Shown: positions 24,125 through 36,445 of the stretch, piece after piece
How the letters are laid out: every line of letters starts with the position of its first letter
Numbering within the stretch: position 1 is the first letter of the stretch
NCBI GenBank assembly: GCA_030390025.1
Contig: CM059432.1
Coordinates: 113,400,001-113,464,000, forward strand
Reading direction: 5' to 3'
DNA: 64,000 bases
From: Squalus acanthias
Lineage: Eukaryota
Translations under genes and position numbers: made by a program
Notes under the pieces: generated by a model
The model's database searches: none
What the model saw: only the letters and a program-made list of their open reading frames with translations
Told to the model about the DNA's origin: nothing

Positions 24125-25172
24125 CTAATTATGGAAAGAGACCAGAAATATCGAAAGTAAAAATGCTCAACACAGGAAGAGATCACTTCAGTGATTTAAG
24201 AAGGAATCTAGCACAGGTAGATTGGAAAAGGCGATTGCAGGATAAAGCAGTAACGGAGCAAAAGAGGGCATTCAGGGAAGAGATAGTTCAGGTACACACT
24301 CGGCCTATTCCTTTGAAGGGAAAATGTAGAACATCGAAAGCTAATGCGCCCGGGATGACAAAGGAAATAAATGTTAAAATAAAACAGGAAAAGGAGGCTT
24401 ATGACAAATGTCAGGAGCAAGATTCAGTTAATAACCAGGAAGATTATGGAAAGTACAGGAGGGAATTGAAAAAGTTAATACAGGAAGCAAAGAGAGGTTA
24501 CAAGAAAGGATTAGCAGGCAACATTAACTTGAACCCTAAAATATTTTATAAACATATAAAGTGTAAGAGGTTCGCTAGGGAATAAGTTGGGCCTATTAAG
24601 AAGCCAAAGGGAAATCTTCATGTAGAGGCAGAGGACAAGACTAAAGTATTAAATGAGTACTTTGCATCTGTCTTCACAAAGAAAGCGGATGATGTAAAGG
24701 TTACACTAGAAGAGGAGAGGGAAGTTATTGACAGGATAGTAATAGATAGAGAAGACGTACTAAAAAGATTAGAATTACTGAAAGTTGGTAAGTCACCTGG
24801 TCCGGATGGAATGCATCCTAGGTTGCTGGTAGAAGCAAAGGTAGAAATAGCAGAGGCATTGGTCACAATCTTTCAATCCTCATTGGATACGGGTGTAGTG
24901 CCGGAGGACTGGAGGGCTACTAATGTTATACTGTACCTCTATTCAAGAAAGGGGAGAGGGCTAAACCAGGAAACTACAGGCCAGTCTGCCTAACACCGGT
25001 GGTGGGGAAGTTATTGGAAACCATTATCAGGGACAAAATAAACTTTAACTTGGAAAGACATAGGTTAATCAAGGAGAGCCAGCACGGATTTGTTAAAGGC
25101 AAATCATGTCTGACTAACTTGACTGAATTCTTTGATGAGGTAACAGAGAAGGTTGATCAAGGTAGTGCAATA
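24125..25172 (+). mobile_element. CR1 LINE ORF2 fragment; probably continues at 34702-35880
   Basis: NPKIFYKHI, KSPGPDGMHPR, SQHGFVKGKSCLTNL...VDQGSAI; the next expected motif (FxKAFDK) begins at about 34703. Confidence 0.9.
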
Positions 25173-26069
25173 GAGATGGCTCACAACCGGAGGGAGCAGG
25201 AGTGGACAAGCCCACATTGAACATCTGAGTGACCTGGAGAATCGAGTGCTGCGGATCATTGGGCGCCAGGTTGTAGGCACAGTGGCTACCAGCGACGTTG
25301 ACCTCCTTGGGGACAACAACGGTATGTCCATGCCTACTCCTTCTTCTCACATCCCACTTACCCCTCAGCTCACAAACATTTCACACTTTCAAGCTACTCA
25401 TGCTGTATGCGTGCATTTCTCCCTTCCTGCCCCGTCCCCTCACCATAACCCGACTCTTGTGCCTTTCTGCTTTCAGATAATCAGCAAGCACCTGAGCAGC
25501 TTGTCTCTGAGGGCACCATAGAGAGCGAGGCGGGAGAAGAGGAAGAGAATGAACACACCACGTTACTGCATCTCTCACCCGCAGGCACCAGCTCAGATAC
25601 TGACACTACACGTTCTTTAGAGGGTAGTGTAGTAGCGGGAACTTCACAGGGTGATGCACCAGGGACGAGCGGGCTGTAGCAAGGCCAGGGGGGACAGGGT
25701 AGCTCGGGGGCCAGCTCCCCGGAGGGCGAATTCGCGCACGTGAGTTCTGCTGCACAGGACTCAGATGAGGACCTCGATGGGGAGGCCTTTAGAAGAAGGG
25801 TAATGGCCATGCACACGGAGATGATAGGTGCAATGGCAAGGCTGCCAGAGAGCCTCTCGGCAATGATAAGGAGCATGGAGGAGTCTGCCTCCAACATTGC
25901 ACAGAGTTCTATGCAGAGCATGGAGCCCAGCATTTCCAGTCTGCAAAGAATGGTAGACTCCCAGAAAGACCGTGATGACCCAGACCTGATGGTGTGCATG
26001 ATGGACGATGTTGCAGCTTCCATTGCAGCACAGGCGGAAGCGACCCAACGTCTGAGTGCTGCAGGGGAA

Positions 26070-26878
26070 GCTCAGACTGCTCTCATGTAGTCTCAGCGTG
26101 ATGCCATCCAAGCTCTGACTGCTCTCATGTAGTCTCAGCGTGATGCCATCCAAGCTCAGACTGCTCTCATGTAGTCTCAGCGTGATGCCATCCAAGCTCA
26201 GACTGCTCTCATGTAGTCTCAGCGTGATGCCACCCAAGCTCTGACTGCTCTCATGTAGCTCAGCGTGATGCCACCCAAGCTCTGACTGCTCTCATACAGT
26301 CTCAGCGTGATGCCACCCAATCTCTGACTGCTCTCATGCAGTCTCAGCGTGATGCCACCCAAGCTCTGACTGCTCTCATGTAGCTCAGCGTGATGCCACC
26401 CAAGCTCTGACTGCTCTCATGCAGTCTCAGCGTGATGCCATCCAAGCTCTGACTGCTCTCATGCAGTCTCAGCGTGATGCCATCCAAGCTCTGACTGCTC
26501 TCATGTAGTCTCAGCGTGATGCCACCCAAGCTCTGACTGCTCTCATGTAGTCTCAGCGTGATGCCACCCAAGCTCTGACTGCTCTCATGTAGTCTCAGCG
26601 TGATGCCACCCAAGCTCTGACTGCTCTCATGCAGTCTCAGCGTGATGCCATCCAAGCTCTGACTGCTCTCATGTAGTCTCAGCGTGATGCCACCCAAGCT
26701 CTGACTGCTCTCATGCAGTCTCAGCGTGATGCCATCCAAGCTCTGACTGCTCTCATGCAGTCTCAGCGTGATGCCATCCAAGCTCTGACTGCTCTCATGC
26801 AGTCTCAGCGTGATGCCACCCAAGCTCTGACTGCTCTCATGCAGTCTCAGCGTGATGCCACCCAAGCTCTGACTGCTG
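26070..26878 (+). repeat. Tandem repeat, 42-bp unit, about 19 copies, inside the Myb-like exon
   Basis: Unit GCTCTGACTGCTCTCATG(C/T)AGTCTCAGCGTGATGCCA(T/C)CCAA = ALTALMQSQRDA(I/T)Q. Confidence 0.97.
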
Positions 26879-29800
26879 CCATCGTGGCAGGTTCTACCAC
26901 TGTCAACCGGGGCTTTCACGGTGTTGCAGCAGGCTGGCAATCTGTGCTTCAACAGATTGCTAGGGATGCTGAGGTACTGCCCCGGGGGAGTGCCAGTGGG
27001 TCAGTGGAGCAGGAACCTGCTGTCCTCTCTCAGGATGACAGCATTCCTGCTCCCACCACTGCCACTCCGCCATTGCCCTTGTCACTGTCTCTCATCCAGC
27101 CAGCCCAGACTGCTGCCGCCCATGCCGAGGTGGTGCAGTCTACAGCTGGGCCTTCTAGGTCCAGAGTTGTTCGAGGTCATCCTGCAAGGCCATCTGTAGT
27201 CTCCCCCATGGAAACTCAGCAGCCTTCCACCAGCCATGCTGCAGCCACTGGGGGAGCTCTTCGTAGGAGCACTAGAGCAGGAAAAGGCACCAGAATGACA
27301 GACACTAAGGGATTGCACAAGGGTGATTAGTTAATAGTTTTATATGTGTATAGATAAATTTATTAATTCTGTTTGGATTCTTTTGTGGTGTCTCTCATTT
27401 CAGCTTTGCACTGTGAAATAGCCTGCGACAGGGATGGTATGGTGGGGATGTGGTGCGCAACGGGGATCTGGGGATTCATTCATTCGAAGAGGAGTCTGAT
27501 GAACCTCATAATGGCCAAGTTGTGGAACATGCAGCAGACCACCACGAAATGGGACGCCTGCTCAGCTGAGTACTGGAGGGCTCCTCCCTAGCGGTCAAGG
27601 CAACAGAACCGTTGCTTCAGTAGGCCAATGGTCTGCTCGATGATATTCCTGGTGACAGCAAGGCTCTCATTATATGAGTGCTGGGCAGGAGCATTGGGGT
27701 TGCGGAGAGGAGTCATGAGCCAGGTGGAGAGCGGATAACCCTTGTCTCTGAGCTTGATGTGGTGGCTGGAAGAGTGCTGGCACACCAGTCTGGCGCAGGA
27801 TGAAGGCGCATGGCTGCTGCCAGGATAGTGGGCATTGACGGTGAGGATTTGCTGTGTGTGGTCGCACACCAACTGCACATTAAGTGAGTGGTAGCCTTTG
27901 TAGTTATGGAAGATCACAGGATTGTTATGCGGTACCCGCAAAGCCAAGTGGGTGCAGTCAATGGTGCCCTGCACCATGAGGAATCCCGCTATCCTGGCAA
28001 AGCCACATGCGACTCATCCTGCTTCTACATAAGAACATAAGAACATAAGAAATAGGAGCAGGAGTAGGCCAATCGGCCCCTCGAGCCTGCTCCGCCATTT
28101 AATAAGATCATAGCTGATCTGATCCTAACCGCCAATCTACTATCTACTATCACAGAACCATCTCCTGCATCTAACAGAATTGCACACACGAAATAGGAGC
28201 AGTATCAGGCTACACGGTCCCTGGGCCCGCTCCACTACCTACAGGGCCATGACCGATCCGAACCTAGACTCATGTCCAAATTCCTGCCCGCTCCCCGTAA
28301 CCCTTAATGCCCTTTACTTCTAGGAAACTGTCTATTTCTGTTTTAAATTTATTTAATGATGTAGCTTCTACAGCTTTTTGTGGCAGCATATTCCATGGAC
28401 CTACCACCCTCTGAGTGAAGTAGTTCCTCCTCATCTCAGTTTTGAAAGAGCAGCCCCTTATTCTAAGACTATGTCCCCTAGTTCTAGTCTCACCCGTCAT
28501 CGGGAACATCCTCCCCGCATCCACCCGATCCAACCCCTTCACAATCTTATATGTTTCAATAAGATCGCCTCTCATTCTTCTGAACTCCAATGAGTAGAGT
28601 CCCAATCTATCCAACCTCTCCTCATATGACCACCCCCTCATCCCCGGGATTAACCGAGTGAACCTTTTTTGCACTGCCTCGAGAGCAAGGATGTCTTTCC
28701 TTAAGTAAGGACACCAAAACTGTATGTAGTATTCCAGGTGCGGTCTCACCAATACCTTGTACAACTGAAGCAATACCTCCCTATTTTTATATTCTATCCC
28801 CCCTAGCAATGAAAGCCAACATTCAATTTGCCTTCTTAATCACTTGCTGCACCTGCATACTAACCTTTTGAGTTTCGTGCACCAGGACCCCCAGATCCCT
28901 TTGCACTTCAGTACTCTCCAGTTTCTTGCCATTAAGATAATAAATTGCTCTAGGATTTTTCCTGCCAAAGTGCATCACCTCACACTTTCCAGTGTTGTAT
29001 TCCATCTGCCAAATCTCTGCCCACTTACTTAGCCTGTCTATGTCCCCTTGCAGGTTTTTTATGTACTCCTCACTCACTACTTTCCCTCCCATCTTAGTAT
29101 CATCTGCAAATTTTGATATGTTACACTTGGTCCCTTCCTCCAAATCGTTAATATAGATTGTAAAGAGTTGGGGACCCAGCACTGACCCCTGTGGAACACC
29201 ACTAGTTACTGATTGCCAGTCTGAGAATGAACCATTTATCCCAACTCTTTGTTTTCTGTTAGATAGCCAATCCTCTGTCCATGCCAGAATATTACCCCCA
29301 ATCCCGTGATTTTTTACCTTAAGCAATAATCTTTTGTGTGGCACCTTGTCAAATGCCTTTTGGAAGTCTAAATACACTACGTCCACTGGTTCCCCTTTAT
29401 CCACTCTATATGTTACTTCCTCAAAGAACTCCAGCAAATTTGTCAAACATGACTTCCCCTTCGTAAAACCATGCTGACTTTGTCCTATTAAATTATGATT
29501 ATCCAAAAGTCCTGTTACTGTTTCCTTAATAATGGACTCCAAAATTTTACCTACCACAGATGTTAGGCTAACCGGTCTATAGTTACCAGCCTTCTGTCTA
29601 CTGCCCTTTTTAAATAAGGGTGTTACATTAGCAGTTTTCCAGTCTGCCGGGACCTTAGCAGAATCCAGGGAGTTTTGAAAAATTATTACCAATGCATCTA
29701 CAATCCCTACCGCCACTTCCTTCAAGACTCTAGGATGTAAGCCATCAGGTCCAGGTGATTTATCCACCTTGAGTCCCATTATTTTACCGAGTACCACTTC

Positions 29801-30855
29801 CTTAGTGATTTTGATCGTGTTTAGCTCCTCTCCCCCTATAGCCCCCTGTTTGTCCAGTGTTGGGATATTCTTAGTGTCCTCTACTGTAAAGACTGATACA
29901 AAATATTCATTCAGTGTTTTTGCCATCTCCATATTTCCCACCATTAATTTCCCGGTCTCATCCTCTAAGGGACCAACATTTACTTTAGCCACCCTTTTTC
30001 TTTTTATATAACTATAAAAACTCTTACTATCTGTTTTTATATTTTTTGCTAATTTACTTTCATAATCTATCTTCCCTTTCTTAATCAATCTTTTTGTTAT
30101 TTTTTGCTGCCTTTTAAAGTTTTCCCAATCCTCTGTCCTCCCACTAGATTCGCTACCTTATATGCCCTTGTTTTTAGTCGAATACTATCCTTAATTTCTT
30201 TACTTAGCCACGGATGACTGTCCTTTCTTTTACACCCTTTTCTTTTCAGTGGAATATATTTTTTTTGGAAGTTGTAAAATAACTCCTTGAATGTACACCA
30301 CTGATCATGTGTCGTCTTACCCTTTAATCTATTTTCCCAATCCACTCTACTCAATTCCGCTCGCATACCTTCATAGTCTCCTTTATTCAAGCTTAGCACG
30401 CTTGTTTGAGATCCAACCTTCTCACCCTCTAATTGAATATGGAATTCAACCATGTTATGGTCACTCATTCCAAGGGGATCCTTTACTAGGACATTTTTAA
30501 TTAATCCTGTCTCGTTACACAGGACCAGATCTAAGGTTGCTTGCCCCCTGGTCGGTTCAGTTACATACTGCTCAAGAAACCCATCCCTAATACACTCAAT
30601 GAACTCATCCTCAAGGCAGCCCTGCCCCATTTGATTTGTCCAATTAATATGATAGTTAAAATCCCCCATAATTATAGATGTTCCCTTATTACATGCCTCA
30701 ACTATTTCCTGATTGATACTCCGTCCAACAGAGTTGCAACTGTTCGGAGGCCTATAGACTACGCCCACTAGTGTTTTTTTCCCCTTATTATTCCTTATCT
30801 CCACCCAAACTGTTTCATTATCATGATTTTTTGTCCCAATATCATTACTCTGTAT

Positions 30856-32928
30856 GTATCCCAAGATGTCAGCAACATTCCTAATGGGACAATCAATGAT
30901 CCGGAACAGCAGACAGAGGGAACCGCAGTGCTACAACCGAGGAAGAAAGAGTCAAATTGGACCCCTCCAGAGGGTCGCAGCCCTAAGCTTGACATGTATG
31001 CTCAAGCTGTCAGGAAATGCATCAACGCCAGATTCATCAGCCGTACTCACAAGACAGTCCAGAATGTCACCCGAGCACAACGCAACGCCATCCACGCACT
31101 CAAGACCAACCGCAACATCGTCATCAAACCAGCGGACAAAGGAGGAGCCATCGTCATACAGAACAGAATGGACTATTGCAAAGAAGCATACCGACAACTG
31201 GACAACCAGGAACACTACAGACAGCTACCCGCAGATCCGACCAAAGAACACACCCGCCAACTCAATAGACTGATCAAGACCTTCGATCCAGACCTTCAAA
31301 ACATCCTACGCGCTCTCATCCCACGTACTCCCCGCGTAGGAGACTTTTACTGCCTCCCAAAGATACACAAAGCCAACACACCCGGACGTCCTATCGTATC
31401 AGGCAACGGAACCCTGTGTGAGAACCTCTCTGGGTACGTCGAGGGCATCCTGAAACCCATCGTACAGGGAACCCCCAGCTTCTGTCGCGACACTACAGAC
31501 TTCTTGCAGAAACTCAGCACCCATGGACCAGTTGAACCAGGAACACTCCTCGTCACGATGGACGTATCGGCACTCTACACCAATATCCCCCACAATGACG
31601 GCATCGATGCGACAGCCTCAGTACTCAACACCAACAACAGCCAATCTCCGGACGCCATCCTACAACTCATCCGCTTCATCCTTGACCACAATGTCTTCAC
31701 CTTCGACAACCATTTTTTTACCCAAACACACGGAACAGCCATGGGGACCAAATTCGCACCCCAATACGCCAACATCTTCATGCACAAGTTCGAGCAAGAC
31801 TTCTTCGCTGCACAGGACCTCCAACCAACGCTGTACACCAGATACATCGACGACATCTTCTTCCTTTGGACCCACGGCGAAGGATCACTGAAAGGACTAC
31901 ACGATAGCATCAACAGGTTCCATCCCACCATCAAACTCACCATGGACTACTCCTCAGAATCGGTTTCATTCTTGGACACACGAATCTCCATCAAAGACGG
32001 ACGCCTCAGCACTTCACTCTACCGCAAGCCCACGGACAACCTCACGATGCTCCACTTCTCCAGCTTCCACCCTAACCACGTTAAAGAAGCCATCCCCTAT
32101 GGTCAAGCCCTGCGAATACACAGGATCTGCTCAGACGAGGAGGAACGCGATGGACACCTACGGACACTGAAAGACGCCCTCGTAAGAACGGGATATGACG
32201 TTCGACTCGTCGATCGACAGTTCCGACGGGCCACAGCGAAAAACCGCATAGACCTCCTCAGAAGACGAACACGGGACACAACCAACAGAGTACCCTACGT
32301 CGTCCAGTACTTCCCCGGAGCAGAAAAACTACGCCATGTTCTTCGCAGCCTTCAACATGTCATCAATGACGACGAACACCTTGCTAAGGCCATCCCCACG
32401 CCTCCACTACTCGCCTTCAAGCAGCCGCCTAACCTCAAAAGTACCATCGTTCGCAGCAGATTACCCATCTTTCAGGAGAACAGCAACCACGACACCACAC
32501 AACCCTGCCACGGCAACCTCTGCAAGACATGCCAAATCATGGACACAGATACCATCATCACACGTGAGGACACTACCCACCAGATACACGGTACATACTC
32601 ATGTGACTCGGCCAACGTTGTCTACCTGATACGTTGTAGTAAAGGATGCTCCAGAGCATGGTACATCGGCGAGACCATGCAGACACTGAGACAACGTATG
32701 AACGGACACCGCGCAACAATCACCAGGCAGGAGGGTTGCCTCCCAGTCGGGGAACACTTCAGCAGCCAGGGGCATTCAGCCTCGGATCTGCGGGTAAGCG
32801 TTCTCCAAGGCGGCCTTCGGGATACACGACAGCGCAAAATCATAGAGCAGAAACTGATAGCCAAGTTCCGCACTCATGAGGATGGCCTCAATCGCGATAT
32901 CGGGTTCATGTCACGATACAGAACGTGA
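30856..32928 (+). CDS. Penelope RT + GIY-YIG endonuclease, open frame lacking its N-terminus
   Basis: IKPADKG, LPKIHK, GRPIVS, MDVSALYTNI, GTAMG, RYIDD; NVVY...WYIGET...RQRMNGH...GLN; the ORF-track start at 30823 lies in flanking CR1 DNA. Confidence 0.93.
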   Translation, partial: VSQDVSNIPNGTINDPEQQTEGTAVLQPRKKESNWTPPEGRSPKLDMYAQAVRKCINARFISRTHKTVQNVTRAQRNAIHALKTNRNIVIKPADKGGAIVIQNRMDYCKEAYRQLDNQEHYRQLPADPTKEHTRQLNRLIKTFDPDLQNILRALIPRTPRVGDFYCLPKIHKANTPGRPIVSGNGTLCENLSGYVEGILKPIVQGTPSFCRDTTDFLQKLSTHGPVEPGTLLVTMDVSALYTNIPHNDGIDATASVLNTNNSQSPDAILQLIRFILDHNVFTFDNHFFTQTHGTAMGTKFAPQYANIFMHKFEQDFFAAQDLQPTLYTRYIDDIFFLWTHGEGSLKGLHDSINRFHPTIKLTMDYSSESVSFLDTRISIKDGRLSTSLYRKPTDNLTMLHFSSFHPNHVKEAIPYGQALRIHRICSDEEERDGHLRTLKDALVRTGYDVRLVDRQFRRATAKNRIDLLRRRTRDTTNRVPYVVQYFPGAEKLRHVLRSLQHVINDDEHLAKAIPTPPLLAFKQPPNLKSTIVRSRLPIFQENSNHDTTQPCHGNLCKTCQIMDTDTIITREDTTHQIHGTYSCDSANVVYLIRCSKGCSRAWYIGETMQTLRQRMNGHRATITRQEGCLPVGEHFSSQGHSASDLRVSVLQGGLRDTRQRKIIEQKLIAKFRTHEDGLNRDIGFMSRYRT

Positions 32929-33160
32929 CTTGACATCACGGCCGGTCTTTCCAGGTGTTTTTTTTTAAAAAGACTAACACAAGAACCAACACAAATTGAC
33001 AGGATATGCAGCCAGCAGGTGTTTTGACACGTTGGACCCCCTGGGACACATCTCATTGTCTTGGCTGTGCTCTTAGTGTGTCTTTGATGTAGGGAAAGAT
33101 TTGAATAGATTTTCTCTGTGTTTATATTGTGAATTCTGGGAGATTCTCTCACTGCTACCC

Positions 33161-33197
33161 TACCTGAGGAAGGAGCGAACCGCTCCGAAAGCTTGTA
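33161..33197 (+). ncRNA. Minimal type I hammerhead ribozyme motif in the Penelope terminus
   Basis: TAC-CTGAGGA-A-GGAGCG/AAC/CGCTCC-GAAA-GCTT-GTA: both core boxes, stem II, palindromic stem III and stem I TAC/GTA. Confidence 0.75.
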
Positions 33198-34464
33198 AAA
33201 TTAAATAAATCTGTTGGACTATAACCTGGTGTTGTGCGACTTCTCATTTTTGATTACTCTGTATTACAGTGATTCCTTCCTTTATTAACATAGCCACCCC
33301 ACCTCCCCTTCCTTCCTGCCTGTCTTCCTGATCGTTAAATAACCTGGTATGTTTAATTCCCAGGCATTGTCACCCTGCAGCCATGTTTCTGTAATGGCCA
33401 CAATATCATAACCATATGTAGTTATTTGTGCCATTAACTCGTCTATTTTGTTACGAATGCTACATGCATTCAGATAGAGAACTTTCAAATATGCTTTGTG
33501 GCACTTAGTTCCTGCTTTTTCACTTTGGTGATGGGGAAGGAAATGTAGTCCCTTCTCCTTCTGTAGAGTCTCTGTGACCTCCCGGATGCAGCGATGGACG
33601 GCGAACTGCGAGATGTTAGCTATATCTCCTGTTGCAGACTGGAAGGATCCGCTGGTGAAGAAATTGAGGGCCACAGTGACCTTAACTGCCACTGGGAGAG
33701 CCGTGGTCGCCCTGGTCTGAGGCTAGAGGTCTGGTTGCAGGAGGTGGCAGAGTTCTGTGACCAACTCCTTGGTGAAGCGAAGCCTCCTAATACACTGCTC
33801 CTCGCTTAATTGAAGGTAGGAGAAGTGTTCTCGGAATACCCTCAGAGGGTAAGGCCTCCTGGTGAGAGCCCTGATGTCCCTCCTCCTCCCTCTGCTGCAC
33901 ATGTTCCAGTTTTTCTCGCTGTCTACGCTCCCTCCGCCGTAGATCCTGGAGGGCGAGGTCGACTGCTAGTACAGCCCCCATTATTCTTAGCAAGTGTAGT
34001 TTGAATCTTTCCAGAAATAATTGTACAGTTTTGTACTTGCCAGAACACTCCTGATACCAAAGAACCTTGAAATTACTAAAGAAAACTGTTGCAGTAGCAG
34101 GAACTAACACACAGCCATTCAAACTTCACAAACCTGTCAGGTGCGAGTGATTGGTGAAGATCCCTTTAAATAGTATCACTGGAGCCAGCTTCCTGCTGCT
34201 GCACGCCACCTGAAGCTGTCGTTGTTAACTCCAGCCAGTAAGTCCATTGGCTATAAAGAAGTTGGGAGATTGGGCATCCAGTGAGCGTTGCACACTCACT
34301 GACGTCAGGATCTCCATGATAACAAGGTCCCTGGTGAGCGAGTTTACCGGCAGCAGTACCGGTAAGACCGATATGGCATGTGGTGCTGAAACCGGCATCA
34401 GCTGTCGTTACAGCTGTCAACACCATTTTAGTACCATCTTGTGGCGCTAACGTGTGGCGCAAAC

Positions 34465-34701
34465 CACACAAATTTTTCCCCCAAAGGATGGTAGAAGTTT
34501 GGAACTCTCTTCCGCAAATGGGAATTGATACTAGGTCAATTGTTAATTTTAAATCTGAGATTGATAGATTTTTGTTAACCAAAGGTATTAAGGGATATTG
34601 GCCAAAGGTGGGTATATGGAGTTAGGTCGCAGATCAGCCATGATCTCATTGAATGGTGGAACAGGCTCGAGGGGCTCAATGGCCTACTCCTGTTCCTATG
34701 T
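34465..34701 (+). mobile_element. CR1 3' end fragment
   Basis: FFPQRMVEVWNSLP...EIDRFL and the CR1 3' tail. Confidence 0.85.
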
Positions 34702-35880
34702 CTTTCGCAAGGCATTTGACAAAATGTCACACAGAAGGCTTTTCAAGAAGATGGAAGCCCATGGAATTAAGGGGAAAGTGGCAGTATGAATACAAAATTG
34801 GCTCAGTGACAGGAAGCAGAGGGTGGTGGTGGATGGATGTTTTTCAGACTGGGAGGTGGTTTGCAGTGGTGTTCCCCAAGGGTCAGTTTTGGGTCCATTA
34901 CTCTTTTCAAATTTTAGAAATGACCTAGACTCAGGTGTAGGGAGCAGCATTATAAAGTTTGCAGATAATACGATACTTGGCAAAGTAATAGATAGTGATG
35001 AGGATAGTCATAGGCTTCAGGATGACATAGACAGGATGGTGAAATGGGCAGAAGCGTGGCAGATGGAGTTCAATGCTGAGAAGTGTGAAGTGATGCACTT
35101 TGGGAGGACTAATATGGAACGACAGTATACTATAAATGGCACAATTTTGAAAAGTGTAGATGAGCAGAGAGACCTTGGTGTCCATATACAGAAATCCTTA
35201 AAGGTGGCAGGGCAAGTTGATAAGGTGGTTAAAAAAGCATATGGGTTACTTGGGTTTATAAACAGAGGAATAGAATATAAAAGCAAAGAGATCATGCTAG
35301 AACTTTATAAATCACTGGTGAGGCCTCAGCTGGAGTATTGTGGACAATTCTGGGCACCACACTTCAGGAAAGATGTAAAGGCCTTAGAAATGGTACAGAG
35401 GAGGTTTACCAGGATGTTACCAGGGATGAGGGACTTCAGTGATGAGGAGAGGTTGGCAAAGTTAGGAATGTTCTCCTTGGAACAGAGAAGGTTAAGAGGT
35501 GACCTCACAGAGGTTTTCACGAAGATGAGAGGTTTTGATAGAGTAGATAGAGAAAAGTTATTCCCTCTGGCGAGCAGGACAATAACCAGAGGTCATAGAT
35601 TCAAAATCATTGGCAAAAGATCTAGAGGGGAGATGAGGAGAAATGTTTTCACTCAGAGAGTTGTCGGAATCTGGAACGCTCGACCTGAAAAGGTGGTGGA
35701 AGCTGATTCCATAAATAAGTTTAAAGGGAGTTGGACAGGTTCTTGAGGATGAGGCACTTACAGGGTTAGGGACAGAAAGCAGGGTGTGGGACTAAGCAGG
35801 ACTGCTCTTTCAAAGAGCCCGCACAGGCACAATGGGCCGAATGGCCTCCTTCTGTGCTGTAAGTTTCTCTGTAAGTTTCT
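34702..35880 (+). mobile_element. CR1 LINE RT and 3' end
   Basis: 307-aa ORF with [23 protein letters not shown]; tail (CTGTAAGTTTCT)x2. Confidence 0.93.
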
Positions 35881-36072
35881 ATTGGAGATGAAGAATTAAA
35901 ATAGTTGTGCAACATGTTTTAATTCTTTGTTTAAACTATCTATAGGGGAGCTTTAATTGATGGAAATCCTGCAAGGTGTGGGTTGAGTTGCCAACCTGTT
36001 CCCCTGGCAGGCCTAGTCATGATTGCATATTCGTAAAATATACATGTCTCCTTTATGTGTGCCATTACTTAG

Positions 36073-36404
36073 GGACAAAATTGAGAAGTCGCACAACACC
36101 AGGTTATAGTCCAACAGTTTTATTTGAAATCACAAGCTTTCGGAGCTATCGATTGCCCCTTCCTCAGGTGAAGTAAATAGATACAGAATCGCCAAAGCAT
36201 ATATAGATAGAGAACAAAGCATGTGTACCTTACAATTGCAATTGTAAGGTACACATGCTTTGTTCTCTATCTATATATGCTTTGGCGATTCTGTATCTAT
36301 TTACTTCACCTGAGGAAGGGGCAATCGATAGCTCCGAAAGCTTGTGATTTCAAATAAAACTGTTGGACTATAACCTGGTGTTGTGCGACTTCTCAATTTT
36401 GTCC
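36073..36404. repeat. Perfect 332-bp palindrome of two inverted Penelope terminal repeats; insertion extends to 36433
   Basis: 166-bp arms with no spacer, centre TACAATTG|CAATTGTA at 36238/36239; 13-bp direct repeat CATTACTTAGGGA at 36063-36075 and 36434-36446; arm matches 33160-33252. Confidence 0.95.
36306..36347 (+). ncRNA. Hammerhead ribozyme motif (mirror copy on the - strand at 36130-36171)
   Basis: TCAC-CTGAGGA-A-GGGGC..GCTCC-GAAA-GCTT-GTGA. Confidence 0.72.
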
Positions 36405-36445
36405 ACCCCAGTCCAACACCGGCATCTCCGCATCATTACTTAGGG

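Larger units (their letters stand above)
30856..33252 (+). mobile_element. Penelope-like retroelement, 5' truncated
   Basis: 12-bp TSD ATTACTCTGTAT (30844-30855 and 33253-33264); RT plus GIY-YIG ORF; 3' terminal repeat with hammerhead motif. Confidence 0.95.
28027..33509 (-). mobile_element. Young CR1 LINE covering essentially all of ORF2, split by a Penelope insertion
   Basis: APE ([30 protein letters not shown]) and RT ORFs at 30097-30855, 28823-30088 and 28270-28809; (GTTCTTAT)n tail; TCCTGCTT on both flanks. Confidence 0.95.
25173..34460. mobile_element. Second Harbinger, opposite orientation to 10346-14425, one end missing: Myb exons 2-3 (+, 25173-27330) and transposase (-, about 33981-27500) split by CR1 and Penelope insertions
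   Basis: Myb C-terminus KGLHKGD*; transposase pieces [17 protein letters not shown] (33520-33700) and MVQGTIDCTHL...RNIIEQTIG (27588-27977); subterminal match at 34270-34310 to 10490-10530. Confidence 0.88.

Noticed and set aside
26070..26878. Regular repeat array as a possible CRISPR
   Set aside because: Units are head-to-tail with no unique spacers, lie in a transposon exon, and there are no cas genes
25761..26952. Minus-strand repetitive ORFs (GITLRLHESS..)
   Set aside because: Antisense shadow of the 42-bp repeat
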